Of a DNA stretch of 64,000 bases, positions 1 to 11,545 are shown in pieces. The notes below the pieces were generated by a model that made no database searches, had not been told where the DNA came from, and was given only the letters and a program-made list of their open reading frames with translations. The translations under genes and the position numbers were made by a program. The DNA comes from an uncultured Acidimicrobiia bacterium (GTDB lineage Bacteria > Acidobacteriota > Terriglobia > Versatilivoradales > Versatilivoraceae), in the NCBI GenBank assembly GCA_963786955.1, contig CAWBAT010000006.1, forward strand, positions 128,001-192,000. Direction: 5' to 3'. How positions within the stretch are numbered: the first letter of the stretch is position 1; each line of letters opens with the position of its first letter.

Positions 1-87
1 ACCCCGAGTATAAACCACAATAATCCTATCCTTTTCAGCGAGTGGATAGGCTCTCAGAATAAGTCCATCGGTCTTGACCGTTTCCAC
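1..87 (-). CDS. recO: DNA repair protein RecO, 5' end (runs off the window)
   Basis: Manual translation from GTG at 87: VETVKTDGLILRAYPLAEKDRIIVVYTRG, which matches the RecO N-terminal OB fold pattern. AAGGAAG lies upstream. Not in the ORF track. Confidence 0.8.
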   Translation of the reverse strand, partial: METVKTDGLILRAYPLAEKDRIIVVYTRG

Positions 88-753
88 AACTTCCTTCTTA
101 TGGGCAATTACTTGGCAGGGACTCAACAAACAAACCGGCCAAACGATGCCACCAACACGATCGACCTTCAGGAAAAAGTCGGCACGTCGACATTTATAGA
201 CCGCAACTCGTTGATACTGAGCGCCCACCATTTATCCTTGGGAACAGGAGGCAAGGCTCTCAATTAAAAGGGGAAAGTTAACACACTCTGGGCGGATTTT
301 AAAGAGAAAAGCCAGCCTCTATTAGGCCATGTCTAAAAACCTCTCAGGGGTGCGATTCTCTGAGTTCCTCATGATGAGCCAATATGGAAAATTGCTCGCC
401 GATTATAAAACCGTATAAATAGTAAACTATTAAATCAATATAACTGATTTATCTACCTTATATAACAACACTAAACAGATTACTAACACAAAGCGGAGGG
501 TTAAATTTCCAGCCGAGAGTCTATTTCGCAAAGAACAAGGATAGCCCCATCCAAATTTCACCTTCGGGGCAGAAACTTCGAATCGAAATTTGGGCAACCC
601 CAGCCACCCTAGACACTCCAAGAGATCCACCTGACTTATTTCTCAGCGCAACGCAAGGACTATTTTATATAGTGTTTATCCAGTTTATATAATCTATTAC
701 ATTATATTATTATGTAAACTACAGTACAATTTCAAGAGTTTTATCAGACGTTA

Positions 754-769
754 TGTCGGCATGCCGACA
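754..769. promoter_or_regulatory. Perfect 16-bp palindrome TGTCGGCATGCCGACA, candidate operator
   Basis: Seen directly in the divergent recO / kinase intergenic region. The cognate regulator is unknown. Confidence 0.4.
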
Positions 770-923
770 AGCTCATCTTTTTTGCCAAGCCATGAGTCTA
801 GCTTTGCTTTCACTTTGGATTAGGGGGAATCATTGAAATGTTTTGACCGAGTTCGGTCGAGTTGGTATGATCTGCTCTAAATTCCACTGTCTATTTCTTG
901 CTGTTGCGCATTCTGAGTTTATT

Positions 924-2403
924 ATGGCTGGTTTCCCTTCCCCATTCCGCATCGGATTGCGAGCCAAACTGATGTCACTGACTGGATTCTTACTCTCACT
1001 TGTGGTCCTCCTGATCATCCTCCTGCTAAGCCGAAAGATTAAGCATGTCATTGTGGATGAAAGTCACAGTCGCGGGGTTGCGATTGCCCAGCTATTTGGA
1101 GCCACCAATGTGAACCACTTGAAATCGTACCACCTCTTACCCATTCAGCAGAATGCGATGCTTGCCAAAAAAGAGAATCAGTTGGGCTATTTGATCGTAT
1201 ATGACAAAGAGGGCCGTATTGTCGCTCATACCGAGGAGCCGGGGCGATCTTACATTTCCTAGCGAACCAGACACCAAAACACTTCTGTCCCTGGCCAGGC
1301 CATATTTCGGGAAAAGGCTTCGTTTCCTTCTCAGACGAACGTTGGCGAAGGTTACTTTGAGATCTATTCTACCCAGTTACCGCACCCGAGTCGGCCAAGC
1401 GCTGGGGAACGGTCCAGTTGGGGATTTCAACTCGTTCCCGATCGAAAAGACTGCTCCATGAGACCCAAGTTCACATAATTTTCCTGGGTGTGCTTTGTCT
1501 CGCCCTGGGGTTGATTGGCGCCGCTTCGTTAGCCGCGCGGATCACGACTCCCATCCTGAAACTTGCTAAAGGATCCCTTCAGGCAGCCCAAGGGGATTTG
1601 TCGGTGCGTATTGAAGTCAAGTCCGGCGATGAGATCGAGACGCTGGCTGAGAATTTTAATTATATGATTGGACAGATTCGGGCTCACCAGGAGGCTCGGG
1701 TTAAGGCTGAAAAAGCTGCCGCTATCGGCAATCTTGTCAATACGATTGTTCATGATTGCCGCACTCCGTTGACAGTGATCAAAGGTTTGCAAGTTTATTT
1801 CAATGAGTCGGATACGCCGCCCCAAAACCTCAAAGAATGCCTGCAACTGATCCAATGCGAGGTCGAACGACTGGAGCGAATGGTTGATGAAATTCTAGAC
1901 TTCCCGTTGGCCGGAACGTCTTCCCTGAAACTGGAGCGGGTAAATCTGGATGAATTTGTTGCTGAATGTTGCGTCGAAATTCATGCGCTGCTGCAACGTT
2001 CGGAAGTATCAGTTTGGCACGGGATTTGAAAGCAAATGTTCCGGTGATGTTGGACAAGAACCAAATGCGTCGTGCCGTTCTAAATCTCGTGGGCAACGCT
2101 CAAGAAGCCATCAAAGGGGCCGGAATTATCCGCATTTCCACCGAAGTGACCGATTCGCGGTCTATTCTACGAGTTGCCGACAACGGGCAAGGAATTCCTT
2201 TGGAATTGCAACCCAAACTCTTCGAGCCCTTTTTCACTCATGGCAAAACTCGCGGTCATGGACTTGGCATGTCCATTACAAAACGCATTGTCGAAGAGCA
2301 TTCCGGTAGTATCTCTTTTGAATCCGTTCCTGGCCACGGTACTGTTTTCACAATTGCCATTCCAGTAACCGCCGAAACAAAAAAGCGTTCTGCTGCGGTT
2401 TAA
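924..2403 (+). CDS. HAMP-domain sensor histidine kinase (split by apparent frameshifts)
   Basis: ORFs 843-1262, 1418-2029 and 1966-2403 join into TM-periplasmic-TM, HAMP (GDLSVRIEVKSGDEIETLAENFN), H-box (VHDCRTPL), N-box and G-boxes (DNGQGIP, GHGLGM). Confidence 0.88.
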
Positions 2404-2434
2404 ACTTCCCATTTGTCTAGACGCACTAATACTA

Positions 2435-2563
2435 AGTACTGCTATTCGTAATCGCGGTGACGTATCTTACGATAGGCGCCGCGTGGGGTCACGCGGCCTA
2501 CAAAGTTGTAGGCCGGGTCACCGACCCGGCGTTAACGTTACCGTATTTATGAAAAGCAGTACT
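2435..2563. repeat. MITE/REP-like element with imperfect terminal inverted repeats
   Basis: Ends AGTACTGCTATTCGTAATCGCGGTGACGT and ACGTTACCGTATTTATGAAAAGCAGTACT enclose GC-rich hairpins with CTAC/GTAG feet. Confidence 0.65.
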
Positions 2564-2567
2564 AAGT

Positions 2568-2660
2568 TGCACAAATTCGCGGTAATTGTTGTAGCCGGGG
2601 ACGTTGACCCCGGCTGGCCCCAGCGGGGCCAGCTACAACACGGACTTCTGCAAATGTGCA
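2568..2660. repeat. REP-doublet (REPIN-like) element
   Basis: TGCACA...TGTTGTAGC [hairpins] GCTACAACA...TGTGCA, abutting the xerD stop codon. Confidence 0.6.
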
Positions 2661-3557
2661 CTATGCCCGCGGATGGTGCCTCTGATAAAGACTTTTGAGG
2701 CGGTCCTTGAGAATGTGGGTGTAGATTTCTGTGGTGGAAATGTCAGCATGTCCAAGCATGGACTGAACGGCTCGAAGATCTGCTCCCTCTCTGCAGGAGA
2801 TGAGTCGCGAATGAATGCCGCAAAAGATGAGGGCGTAGCTGAATCGAAATTTGCGCCTTCCTTCCGTACTCTCGAATGATTTTCCAAAACCCTTGACGTG
2901 TCATGGCAATACCTCGCGTATTCAGGAATAGGTCTTCGGCCCTCTTTCGCTTTTCCAGCGCTGGGCGGCTAATTTTCAAATATTCCCCAAAGCACGAAGT
3001 GCGGACTTGCCCAACGGAACCACTCGAATTTTCCCTCCTTTCCCCGAACAAGTGATATATCCCAGATCGGACCGAATATCTTGGAGGCTGAGCTGAGTCA
3101 GCTCTGAAACTCGTACACCGGTGGCATACATAACCTCAAGCATTGCTTTATCTCTTATGCCTTTATTTGTTGATAAATCAGGTTGTTTAAGCAATTTATC
3201 AACTTCCTCCAGGGAAAGGATTTTCGGCAGCGGTTTCCATGCCTTAGGCGACTCGATAAACTGACATGGATTTTCCGACATCCGGCCCTCGAATACAAGA
3301 AAATCGAAAATCTGCCGCAGCGAGACAAGAACCCGTGCCATGGATCTCGGATTGTGTCCGATTTTCTTGCAGAGTTTTAAGATACTGTCGGACGATTTGC
3401 GGATTGCTGGATCGGATCGGCTTTCCGCCTTCACGGTGTCCAGGAAGAGACGGAACTTTTCAATGTCTCCGGTATAGGCCGAGATTGTGTTCTGAGAAAG
3501 TCCTCTTTCTACAGTAATATGTGTAATAAAACCTGAGATATCACTTTCATTGCTCAT
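2661..3557 (-). CDS. xerD: Site-specific tyrosine recombinase XerD (apparent frameshifts)
   Basis: [79 protein letters not shown] and the C-terminal HHPRA. Confidence 0.92.
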
Positions 3558-3679
3558 CGAGTTTTCCGCTTCAATGGTTGTCGAAAGTATGGAATGATCC
3601 CTTGACACCCGTTAGTCCTTCTTATAGCATCTTTTGCTTCTCCGACGCGATTCTTTTGAACTTGTCAACTTCGGAACGT

Positions 3680-4704
3680 ATGCGCCTCTCTGAGATTGCG
3701 GAACGGATCAATTGCAGCCTAGATGGAGACGGTTCTATCGAGATTGATGGCGTCGCGACCGTGGAGGAAGCCGTTGCTGGCAAGTTGACGTTCCTGTCGA
3801 ATACAAAATATCTGGGGAAATTGAAGCACACCAAAGCATCGGCTGTCATTGTTTCAAACGATTTCCCCTCTTCGTTAATCAGCAAACTTCGGACGGACAA
3901 TCCCTATTTGGCATTTGCACGCAGCATCGATTTATTTTTTTCCCCTCCCCTCCCGCGTCCTGGAATTCACGCAACCGCCGTCATTTCGAAGTCGGCCCGC
4001 ATTGGGAGGAATTCCCGTATTGGCCCGTACTGTTTCATCGATGAGGACGTTGTCATCGGCGACCATGCCGTGCTCCACTCGCATGTGGTCATCTATCGTG
4101 GGGTCGAGATCGGAAATTATTTTCACTGTCATTCCCACGTCAATATCCGGGAATTTACTCAGGATTGGACATCGGGTGATCCTTCAGAATGGTGTGACGC
4201 TCGGAGCTGACGGGTTTGGATTTGCGAAACGTGACGACCAAAGCTACGAGAAGATTACGCAATCGGGACACGTCGTCATTGGAGATGACGTTGAAGTACA
4301 GGCCGGTGCGACGGTGGACCGAGCGGCCATAGGAGAAACCCGGATTGAAAAAGGGGTTAAGATTGATAATCTCGTTCAGGTCGGCCATGGCTCAAAAGTC
4401 GGCGAAAACACACTCCTGTGCTCCCAAGTCGGACTGGCGGGAAGCACCAATCGTGGGCAAAAATGTCATTCTGACAGGTCAGGTCGGCGTTGCAGGTCAT
4501 TGCGAGATTGGGGACAATGTGATCGCGACGGCGCAATCAGGAATTCCTTCTGATGTTCCTGCCGGAATGATGGTTTCAGGGTATCCCGCCATTGAGAACA
4601 AAAATTGGCTCAAGAGTTCCGTAATCTTTGCCAAGCTCCCCGAACTCCACAAAACCATTTTGAGGATTCAGAAAGACCTCGCCGAGCTAAAGAAAAGGGA
4701 CTGA
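3680..4704 (+). CDS. lpxD: UDP-3-O-acylglucosamine N-acyltransferase (apparent frameshifts)
   Basis: TDNPYLAFA, hexapeptide repeats, [17 protein letters not shown] and SGYPA, spread over three frames. Confidence 0.93.
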
Positions 4705-4723
4705 CGGTTTCCCTTCAATCCGA

Positions 4724-6308
4724 ATGCCACATGCCTCCCACCACATCGCTAAATCCGCCAGCCTGATTAGTGTGGCTACTTTGGTGAGCCGTCTCCTAGG
4801 CTTGGTCCGGGAGCAACTCATTGCTTACCTGTTTTCGCGAACCGCTACTGACGCTTTCTATGTAGCCTTTCGCATCCCGAATCTTCTGCGGGATCTCTTT
4901 GCCGAAGGGGCCATGAGTTCCGCTTTTGTCCCGACGTTCACCGAGTACATCAAGAAACGTACGCTGAAAGAAGCCTGGCAGTTGGCTTCCAATGTCCTGA
5001 CCTTGCTGTTGATTGCGCTCAGTATCCTCTGCGCCGTTGGGATTTTTTTTTCCAATGGAATCATCGGCAAGTTTGCGGGAGAGTATCGTGCGGTCCCGGA
5101 GAAGTTTGGCATGACAGTGGCCATGACAGAGATCATGTTCCCTTTCCTACCAATCATTGCGTTGTCCGCCGTGGTCATGGGGATCCTCAACTCCAGAGGA
5201 ACTTTTTTCCTGGCCTGCTTTGGCTCCGGCACTCTTCAACGTCGGATCGATCCTTGTCGCTCTCGCGCTTTACGGCTGGCTCAAGAGCCAAGGGATCAAT
5301 CCCGTTTATGGCATGGCCATCGGGACACTGGTCGGGGGGTTGCTCCAATTCGGCGTCCAGATTCCTCCCTTGTTGCGCTCCGGTTTTCGCTATACTTTTG
5401 AAATAAACCTTCGGCATCCCGGAGTTCAGCGAATCTTGTTGCTTCTGGGACCCGGAACCATTGGCCTGGCATCTACCCAAGTCAACATCCTAGTGAACAC
5501 ATGGCTTGCCACCAGCCAGGGAGAAGGTCCGGTCTCCTGGTTGAACTATGCCTTCCGCCTCATGCAGTTTCCTCTTGGGATCTTCGGAGTCGCCATCGCG
5601 ACGGCCGCCTTGCCTACGATCTCGGCCCACGTTGCCAATCGAGATCATCAAAGTCTCGGGAAAGCGATTTCCGATGCCCTGCGAATGGTGCTCCTGATTA
5701 ACATCCCAGCCAGTGTCGGACTCATGGTTTTGAGCCGTCCAATCATCGCGCTGATTTATCAGCACGGAAGATTTAAAGCTTCCGATACCATTGAGACATC
5801 CAACGCATTGATATTCTATTCCATTGGTCTATTTGCCTATTCCGCAATCAAGGTTCTTGTTCCGGCTTTTTACGCTTTGGGTCGCTCGCATGTCCCTGTC
5901 ATCATCAGCGCTGTGACGGTTGCATTTAATATCGCCTGCAATCTGGCACTCATCGGGCCTTTGGGATTCCGGGGCTTGGCGCTTGGAACTTCCATCGCCT
6001 CTATTCTCAATTTGGTTCTACTACTTTGTTGGATAAGAAAGGATTCTGTTCCATTGGATTATCGGGCAAATCTTAAAGTGATGATTAAGATCTTGATGGC
6101 GTCGGGATTGATGGGGCTCGCTTGCTTGGCGAGTTACTCCTGGATGGAGTCCATCACGGCGTCGGTCGGCACCTGGAACCTTGGTTTGTCTCTTGCCGTT
6201 TCGATTGGATTGGGCCTCGTGACCCTATTTGTTACGTCCAAGGCCCTTCAGATTCGCGAACTGGATTCTGCCATTCAGTTGGTGATGAAGAAACTGCGGC
6301 CGCGTTGA
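4724..6308 (+). CDS. murJ: Lipid II flippase MurJ/MviN (apparent frameshift near 5210)
   Basis: SRLLGLVRE, AFRIPNLLRDLFAEGA, YAFRLMQFPLG. Confidence 0.93.
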
Positions 6309-6360
6309 GTTGAAGCGGATGTCGTCACAACGACATCCCGCGATCCCCCATTGCGAGGGA

Positions 6361-6510
6361 AGGTGTGAAGAAATTCAATTCCGGTTCCCCTCCTTGCTAA
6401 GGAGGGGGCCAGGGGGTGGTCGTAAGTCCTCATTCACAAACCCCCTGTAGTCCCCTTTAACCAAGGGGGACACTCGCAGAGCGACACCGAAACCAATCCT
6501 TATCACACCT
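6361..6510. repeat. MITE-like element with AGGTGTGA...TCACACCT ends and CCCCT..AGGGG hairpin cargo
   Basis: Terminal inverted repeat plus internal hairpins CCCCTCCTTGCTAAGGAGGGG and TCCCCTTTAACCAAGGGGGA, between convergent murJ and thiS. Confidence 0.6.
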
Positions 6511-6521
6511 CTTCAGGGTGA

Positions 6522-6728
6522 TCATAAATACCCACCGCCAACGAATTGGACTATTTCAATCCGATCGCCTTGTTTCAGCGTGGACGTGGCCCATTGTTCT
6601 CTTTTGATGATCTGCAGATTGAGTTCGACAGCCAAACGGTCCGCGGCGAATCCCAACTGCTGGACAAGATCCAGGACGCTCAGCCCTTCGGTGAGATTTC
6701 GGTTTTCACCGTTCAAGATAATTTCCAT
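6522..6728 (-). CDS. thiS: Sulfur carrier protein ThiS
   Basis: MEIILNGE...LAVELN...GDRIEIVQFVGGG. Confidence 0.93.
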   Translation of the reverse strand: MEIILNGENRNLTEGLSVLDLVQQLGFAADRLAVELNLQIIKREQWATSTLKQGDRIEIVQFVGGGYL

Positions 6729-6746
6729 GTCTCCACTTTCTTGTCC

Positions 6747-7571
6747 CTAACGTCGTTTGATCAGGTACTTAATTTCGTCGCCACCAGCGGAAGTGGTTGC
6801 CTGAAGGATCAGAGCAGCGCTTCCAGCAGAGAAAGTGGGGAGACTAAATGTCATGCGGAGATTGCCCGTCTTGTCGGTCTTTCCGGCATAGAGGCGGGGT
6901 GTGAAGGTTGTCCCAATCACTTTGACCAAGACCTGAACATTCTCTAAGCGCGCCTTCTCAAGACGAGTCTGCACAAACAAATCCAGTTCCACCTGATTCC
7001 CGGCCTTGAATTCCTTGGATCCTGTGACGACGATTTCGATCCCACTCGCCTCAGTAACCATGAAGGCTGGAGTCACGTCTAGGTCTGAAGGAAGAAAGCC
7101 CGCTTTCGATGGACCTTCTGCGATGTTATAGGCAGTAGACCCTGGCCGTTCGCCCCGGACATCCTGGCTCAACCGCTGCGAATCTGGACTCGACAGCGCA
7201 GACTTCTCAGGCCCGCTTTCAGGTTGAACAACCGGATGACCCGCGTCGTTAGCGGAGATTGTCGGAGGCTGGAAGTTAAAAACAAAGTCCCCGTCAACAT
7301 AGTCTTCCAGCCGCATCCCTTTCTGGTATTTTCCTTTCCGTATGGATCCGACAATCTGTCGATGCTGGGATTCCAGGATTCGCTGGAGGAGGACTTCCTT
7401 GAAATCAGCTGAATTGAGAAACGTCGCGTAATAGGTCCGATACGAATCCAGGATGGCGCCCTTCACGTAGATCAACGATTCAATCAACGGATTCGCGGTA
7501 CCCTTATCTTCTGTCTGCACATGGTAGACGGTGTCGGCAACTTTGACGTCAGTATTGAACCCAGTGATCAT
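6747..7571 (-). CDS. Hypothetical protein (MITGFNTD N-terminal domain, low-complexity linker, beta-rich C-terminus)
   Basis: Clean 274-aa ORF, co-oriented with thiS and 18 bp upstream of it. Confidence 0.8.
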   Translation of the reverse strand: MITGFNTDVKVADTVYHVQTEDKGTANPLIESLIYVKGAILDSYRTYYATFLNSADFKEVLLQRILESQHRQIVGSIRKGKYQKGMRLEDYVDGDFVFNFQPPTISANDAGHPVVQPESGPEKSALSSPDSQRLSQDVRGERPGSTAYNIAEGPSKAGFLPSDLDVTPAFMVTEASGIEIVVTGSKEFKAGNQVELDLFVQTRLEKARLENVQVLVKVIGTTFTPRLYAGKTDKTGNLRMTFSLPTFSAGSAALILQATTSAGGDEIKYLIKRR

Positions 7572-7990
7572 CTTAGCGACTGCGTTCCCCTCAACGGCTC
7601 AGATTGGTGAAACAAGAAAGGCTATACCCGCTCGGCAGGATAATAATCGTGATCCTAGTTCGGATACTCTTTCCCAATCAACAAAATAATCTTGACAAAC
7701 AACGGGTAGCCCGTTATTTTTAGCGAGATTTTAGAAACGTTATGTGTTTGAAAACTATGCGCTTCTACTCCTTCTGAAAGAACAGCACAAAGCCGGTCCA
7801 TTATCACTCTTCGTCGGAGTAAAACTCAACTTTAAGATCTTTAAGTAGTCCCGACTTCCACGCATTTTATCATGGGAAAATGGTTTTCCCCTATGCCCTT
7901 AAATTGATAGAAGGCAGCCGATCATAACTCAACCCTCCGGATGGACTTTTCTCCTTTTCAAATACGTTGTTTTGCGAACACCTGTCGAGC

Positions 7991-8468
7991 ATGAAGATTC
8001 CTGACAGCCTTCTAGCCCAGTTTCAATCTATACTCCAGAAATATCCTTTGCGAAGATCGGCGCTCATTCCTATCCTCCTGACAACCCAGGAGGAATTGGG
8101 TTACATTCCAGTAGAGATGATTCACGATCTTGCCCGGTTTGTAGACGTTCCAGAGATTGATGTTCATGAGGTGATTACCTTTTACAGTATGCTGCGAACC
8201 CACCCCGTGGGAAAGCATCACATCCAGGTCTGCACGAATATCTCCTGCATGCTATTGGGTGGCGAAGAGATTTTTTCCGCGCCTTTCCGAAAAGCTTGGG
8301 ATATCGGAAGGAGAATTGACCGAAGACGGTCGATTCTCATTAACAGAAGTCGAATGCTTGGGGGCGTGCTGCAATGCACCGGCCATGCAGGTCAATTACA
8401 AATACCACGAAGATCTAACGCTTGAAAAAGTCGAACGTATTTTGAATGAGTTGAAAAACGAATCTTAA
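7991..8468 (+). CDS. nuoE: NADH-quinone oxidoreductase subunit E (apparent frameshift near 8278)
   Basis: VITFYSM, VCTNISCML and VECLGACCNAPAMQVN 2Fe-2S motifs. Confidence 0.9.
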
Positions 8469-8522
8469 GTCGTAGAGGGAAACGGCTTCTTTCCCGGACA
8501 TTTTTTCTTTTAATTCACGAAA

Positions 8523-9029
8523 ATGGAAACACTGATTTTCATCATTCTTGCGGTAATCGCGACGGCAAGTGCCATGAACATTCTGGTGCAAAGACACCCC
8601 ATTTATAGCGCCCTTTCTCTGATACTCACGTTTATAGCCCTGGCTGGCATCTACATTCAGATGCACGCCGAATTTATTGCCGTCATGCAAATCGTGGTTT
8701 ATACCGGTGCGATCATGGTGTTGTTCGTGTTTGTGATCATGCTGCTCAACGTCCGTGAAGAGCCTGTCTCCAACCCATCACTCCACCTGATCAATTACTT
8801 TGGTTTACCCTTATCGATTCTATTGATGTTTCAAGTTTCTTTTATCTTGTTTAAGGCTTTTTCCGGATACGGGATTTCTCTTTCCCCCTCCGCACTCAAC
8901 ATGGCCGGGAACACCGCGGCCATCGGCAAGGAACTTTATACTCGTTATGTTCTTCCTTTTGAAGTGACCTCGATTCTACTCTTGGTGGCAATCATCGGGG
9001 CGATTGTCATGGCCAAAAAGGAGATTTAA
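8523..9029 (+). CDS. nuoJ: NADH-quinone oxidoreductase subunit J
   Basis: QIVVYTGAIMVLFVFVIMLL and LPFEVTSILLLVAIIGA. Confidence 0.95.
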   Translation: METLIFIILAVIATASAMNILVQRHPIYSALSLILTFIALAGIYIQMHAEFIAVMQIVVYTGAIMVLFVFVIMLLNVREEPVSNPSLHLINYFGLPLSILLMFQVSFILFKAFSGYGISLSPSALNMAGNTAAIGKELYTRYVLPFEVTSILLLVAIIGAIVMAKKEI

Positions 9030-9035
9030 TCGGAA

Positions 9036-9339
9036 ATGATTTCCCTGACCTACTATTTGATTCTGAGTGGCGTTCTCTTCTGCGATCGGCGTCTTTGGCT
9101 TTCTGCTCAAGAGAAATATCATCACGATTTTCATGTGTGTTGAGCTGATGTTCAATGCCGTGAATTTAACATTTGTTGCTTTTGCGCGGTTTTACGGCGA
9201 CCTGGCCGGACAGGTATTCGTCTTTTTTGTCATGGCGGTTGCTGCCGCTGAAGCCGCTGTAGGCTTAGGAATTATTATCGCGCTTTTCCGCAATCGGCAG
9301 TCCTTGAATATTGACAGTGCCCGTCTGATGCACTGGTGA
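9036..9339 (+). CDS. nuoK: NADH-quinone oxidoreductase subunit K (apparent frameshift near the 5' end)
   Basis: [12 protein letters not shown] and [14 protein letters not shown]. True start [11 protein letters not shown] at 9036. Confidence 0.92.
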
Positions 9340-9565
9340 CTTAATGGGTACCCTGAGGACGATTCGTATTTTGATGGATCGATAGGCTGAGATATTTTAC
9401 TGGGTGGCGACGTGAGGCGGGGGCTTTACGGAAACCCGAAAACGGCAACAGTGTAGGCATGGGCTATTAGCGGCGGTTCATTCCCACCGCGCGTGTCGGT
9501 TAGCGCATTCATGAAACGCAGAACTTAGTCATTTTCTTTTTTTTCGGATAATTAGAAAGTCATTC

Positions 9566-11512
9566 ATGTCTCTCTCAGATCGATTATTACTCGTTGCTTT
9601 GTTGCCTCTTTTCGGATGCTGTCGCTGAACGGTTTTTTTGGAAATAAACTTCGCAACTCTTCTGTCCGCTTCATCGCCTGTTCGTCCACCGGCCTTTCAT
9701 TCTTTCTTGCGTTACCGCCTTCTGGACTCTCCTTCAGACACCTCATGAATCGGTTTCCAATTTGAATTTCAATTATTTCCACTGGATTCAAGCAGGCGGA
9801 TTCAATGCAAATTTTGGTTTCATGTTTGACCCGCTCTCGGCCGTCATGGTCCTGGTTGTCACCGGAGTAGGGTTCCTCATCCATATTTATTCCGCCGGTT
9901 ACATGGCCCATGAAGAAGGTTATTACCGCTTCTTCACCTATCTGAACCTGTTCATGTTTTCCATGTTGACCTTGGTTCTCGCCAATAACTTTTTGTTGAT
10001 GTTTGTGGGCTGGGAAGGAGTAGGACTTTGCTCTTATCTATTGATCGGGTTTTGGTACCTCAAGAAGAGCGCTTGCGATGCCGGGAAGAAAGCTTTCATC
10101 GTCAATCGCATCGGTGACTTCGGATTCATCCTGGGCATCTTTTTGACATTTTGGACGTTTAAGAGTGTCGATTTTCAGCAAGTCTTTGCTCTCGCTCCGC
10201 AGCAAAGCCATGAAGCCTTCGGTGAAGTAGGCATCCTCTCAACCATCTGCATCCTGTTGTTTATTGGAGCGATGGGCAAGTCCGCCCAGGTCCCGCTCTA
10301 CGTCTGGTTGCCGGATGCCATGGAAGGTCCGACCCCGGTCAGTGCCTTGATTCATGCGGCGACGATGGTGACGGCGGGAGTCTACATGGTGGCCCGTTGC
10401 AACGCCTTGTTTGGGCTGGCTCCGACGGCCATGGAACTGGTCGCGGTGGTGGGGGCGTTGACGGCCATCTTTGCGGCCTCGATCGGGCTGGTGCAAAACG
10501 ACATCAAGAAGGTGCTGGCCTATTCAACGGTGAGTCAGTTGGGCTACATGTTTCTGGGTTGCGGGGTGGGAGCCTTCGGGGCGGGCATTTTTCATTTGAT
10601 GACCCACGCCTTTTTCAAGGCACTGCTGTTTTTGGGAGCGGGCAGCGTGATTCATGCCATGGGAGGCGAACAGGACATTCGGAAGATGGGCGGGATTGAA
10701 AGAGCAAGATCCGGACAACCTGGTGGACGATGCTGGTGGGGACGGTGGCGATAGCAGGATTTCCGCCACTGGCGGGATTTTTCAGTAAAGATGAGATCTT
10801 GTGGCGGACGTTTTCCAGCGGACACCGGCTGTTGTGGCTGGTGGCGGCAGTGTCGGCCGGGATGACGTCGTTTTACATGTTTCGGATGCTGATTTTGACG
10901 TTCTACGGGAAGCCGCGGATGTCGCCTGAGGTGGAGCATCATGTGCACGAATCGCCGGGGAGCATGACGGGACCGCTACAGATTCTGGCGATCGGATCGA
11001 TTGTGGCCGGCTGGCTGGGGATTCCGCCGCTGATCGGGCATTACCTGGGAGACGTGCCGCATGTTTTGGAGCGGTTTATGGAGCCGGTGTTTGCACCGTC
11101 ATTAGGGGAAGAGGTGCTGCATGGGAGCGAGGCGATGGAGTGGGGGATGACGGGGGTAGCGTTGGGAATAGCCGTCGTGGGATTCCTTCTGGCCCGTGCC
11201 TTCTATGTCGAGAATCCGGAGTTGCCGGAACGGCTCATGGCCCGCTATCGCGGACTCTATCTTACCCTGCTCAATAAGTATTGGGTCGATGAGATCTATG
11301 ATGCGTTGATTGTAAACCCGATCCAATGGATTTCCACAAACCTGTTGTGGCATTTTGTGGATGTCAAAGTCATCGACGGAACAGTCAATGGGACCGGCGA
11401 ATTGGTGCGAGGCAGCGGTTCGCCCTCAGAAGACTCCAGTCAGGATACATCCGATCCTATGCGTCTGGATCTTGCTGGGCGCTGTGTTGTTGTAGCATTG
11501 TTATCTTTCTAA
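9566..11512 (+). CDS. nuoL: NADH-quinone oxidoreductase subunit L (apparent frameshifts)
   Basis: [67 protein letters not shown]. Confidence 0.93.
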
Positions 11513-11545
11513 AATCGAAACCTTCAGAATCAAGGGACCCTTTTC

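Noticed and set aside
2661-3557. xerD as the island's dedicated integrase or as an integron integrase
   Set aside because: It looks like housekeeping XerD, lies 11.5 kb outside the island among core genes, and shows no evident IntI-specific insertion. A role in trans is not excluded.
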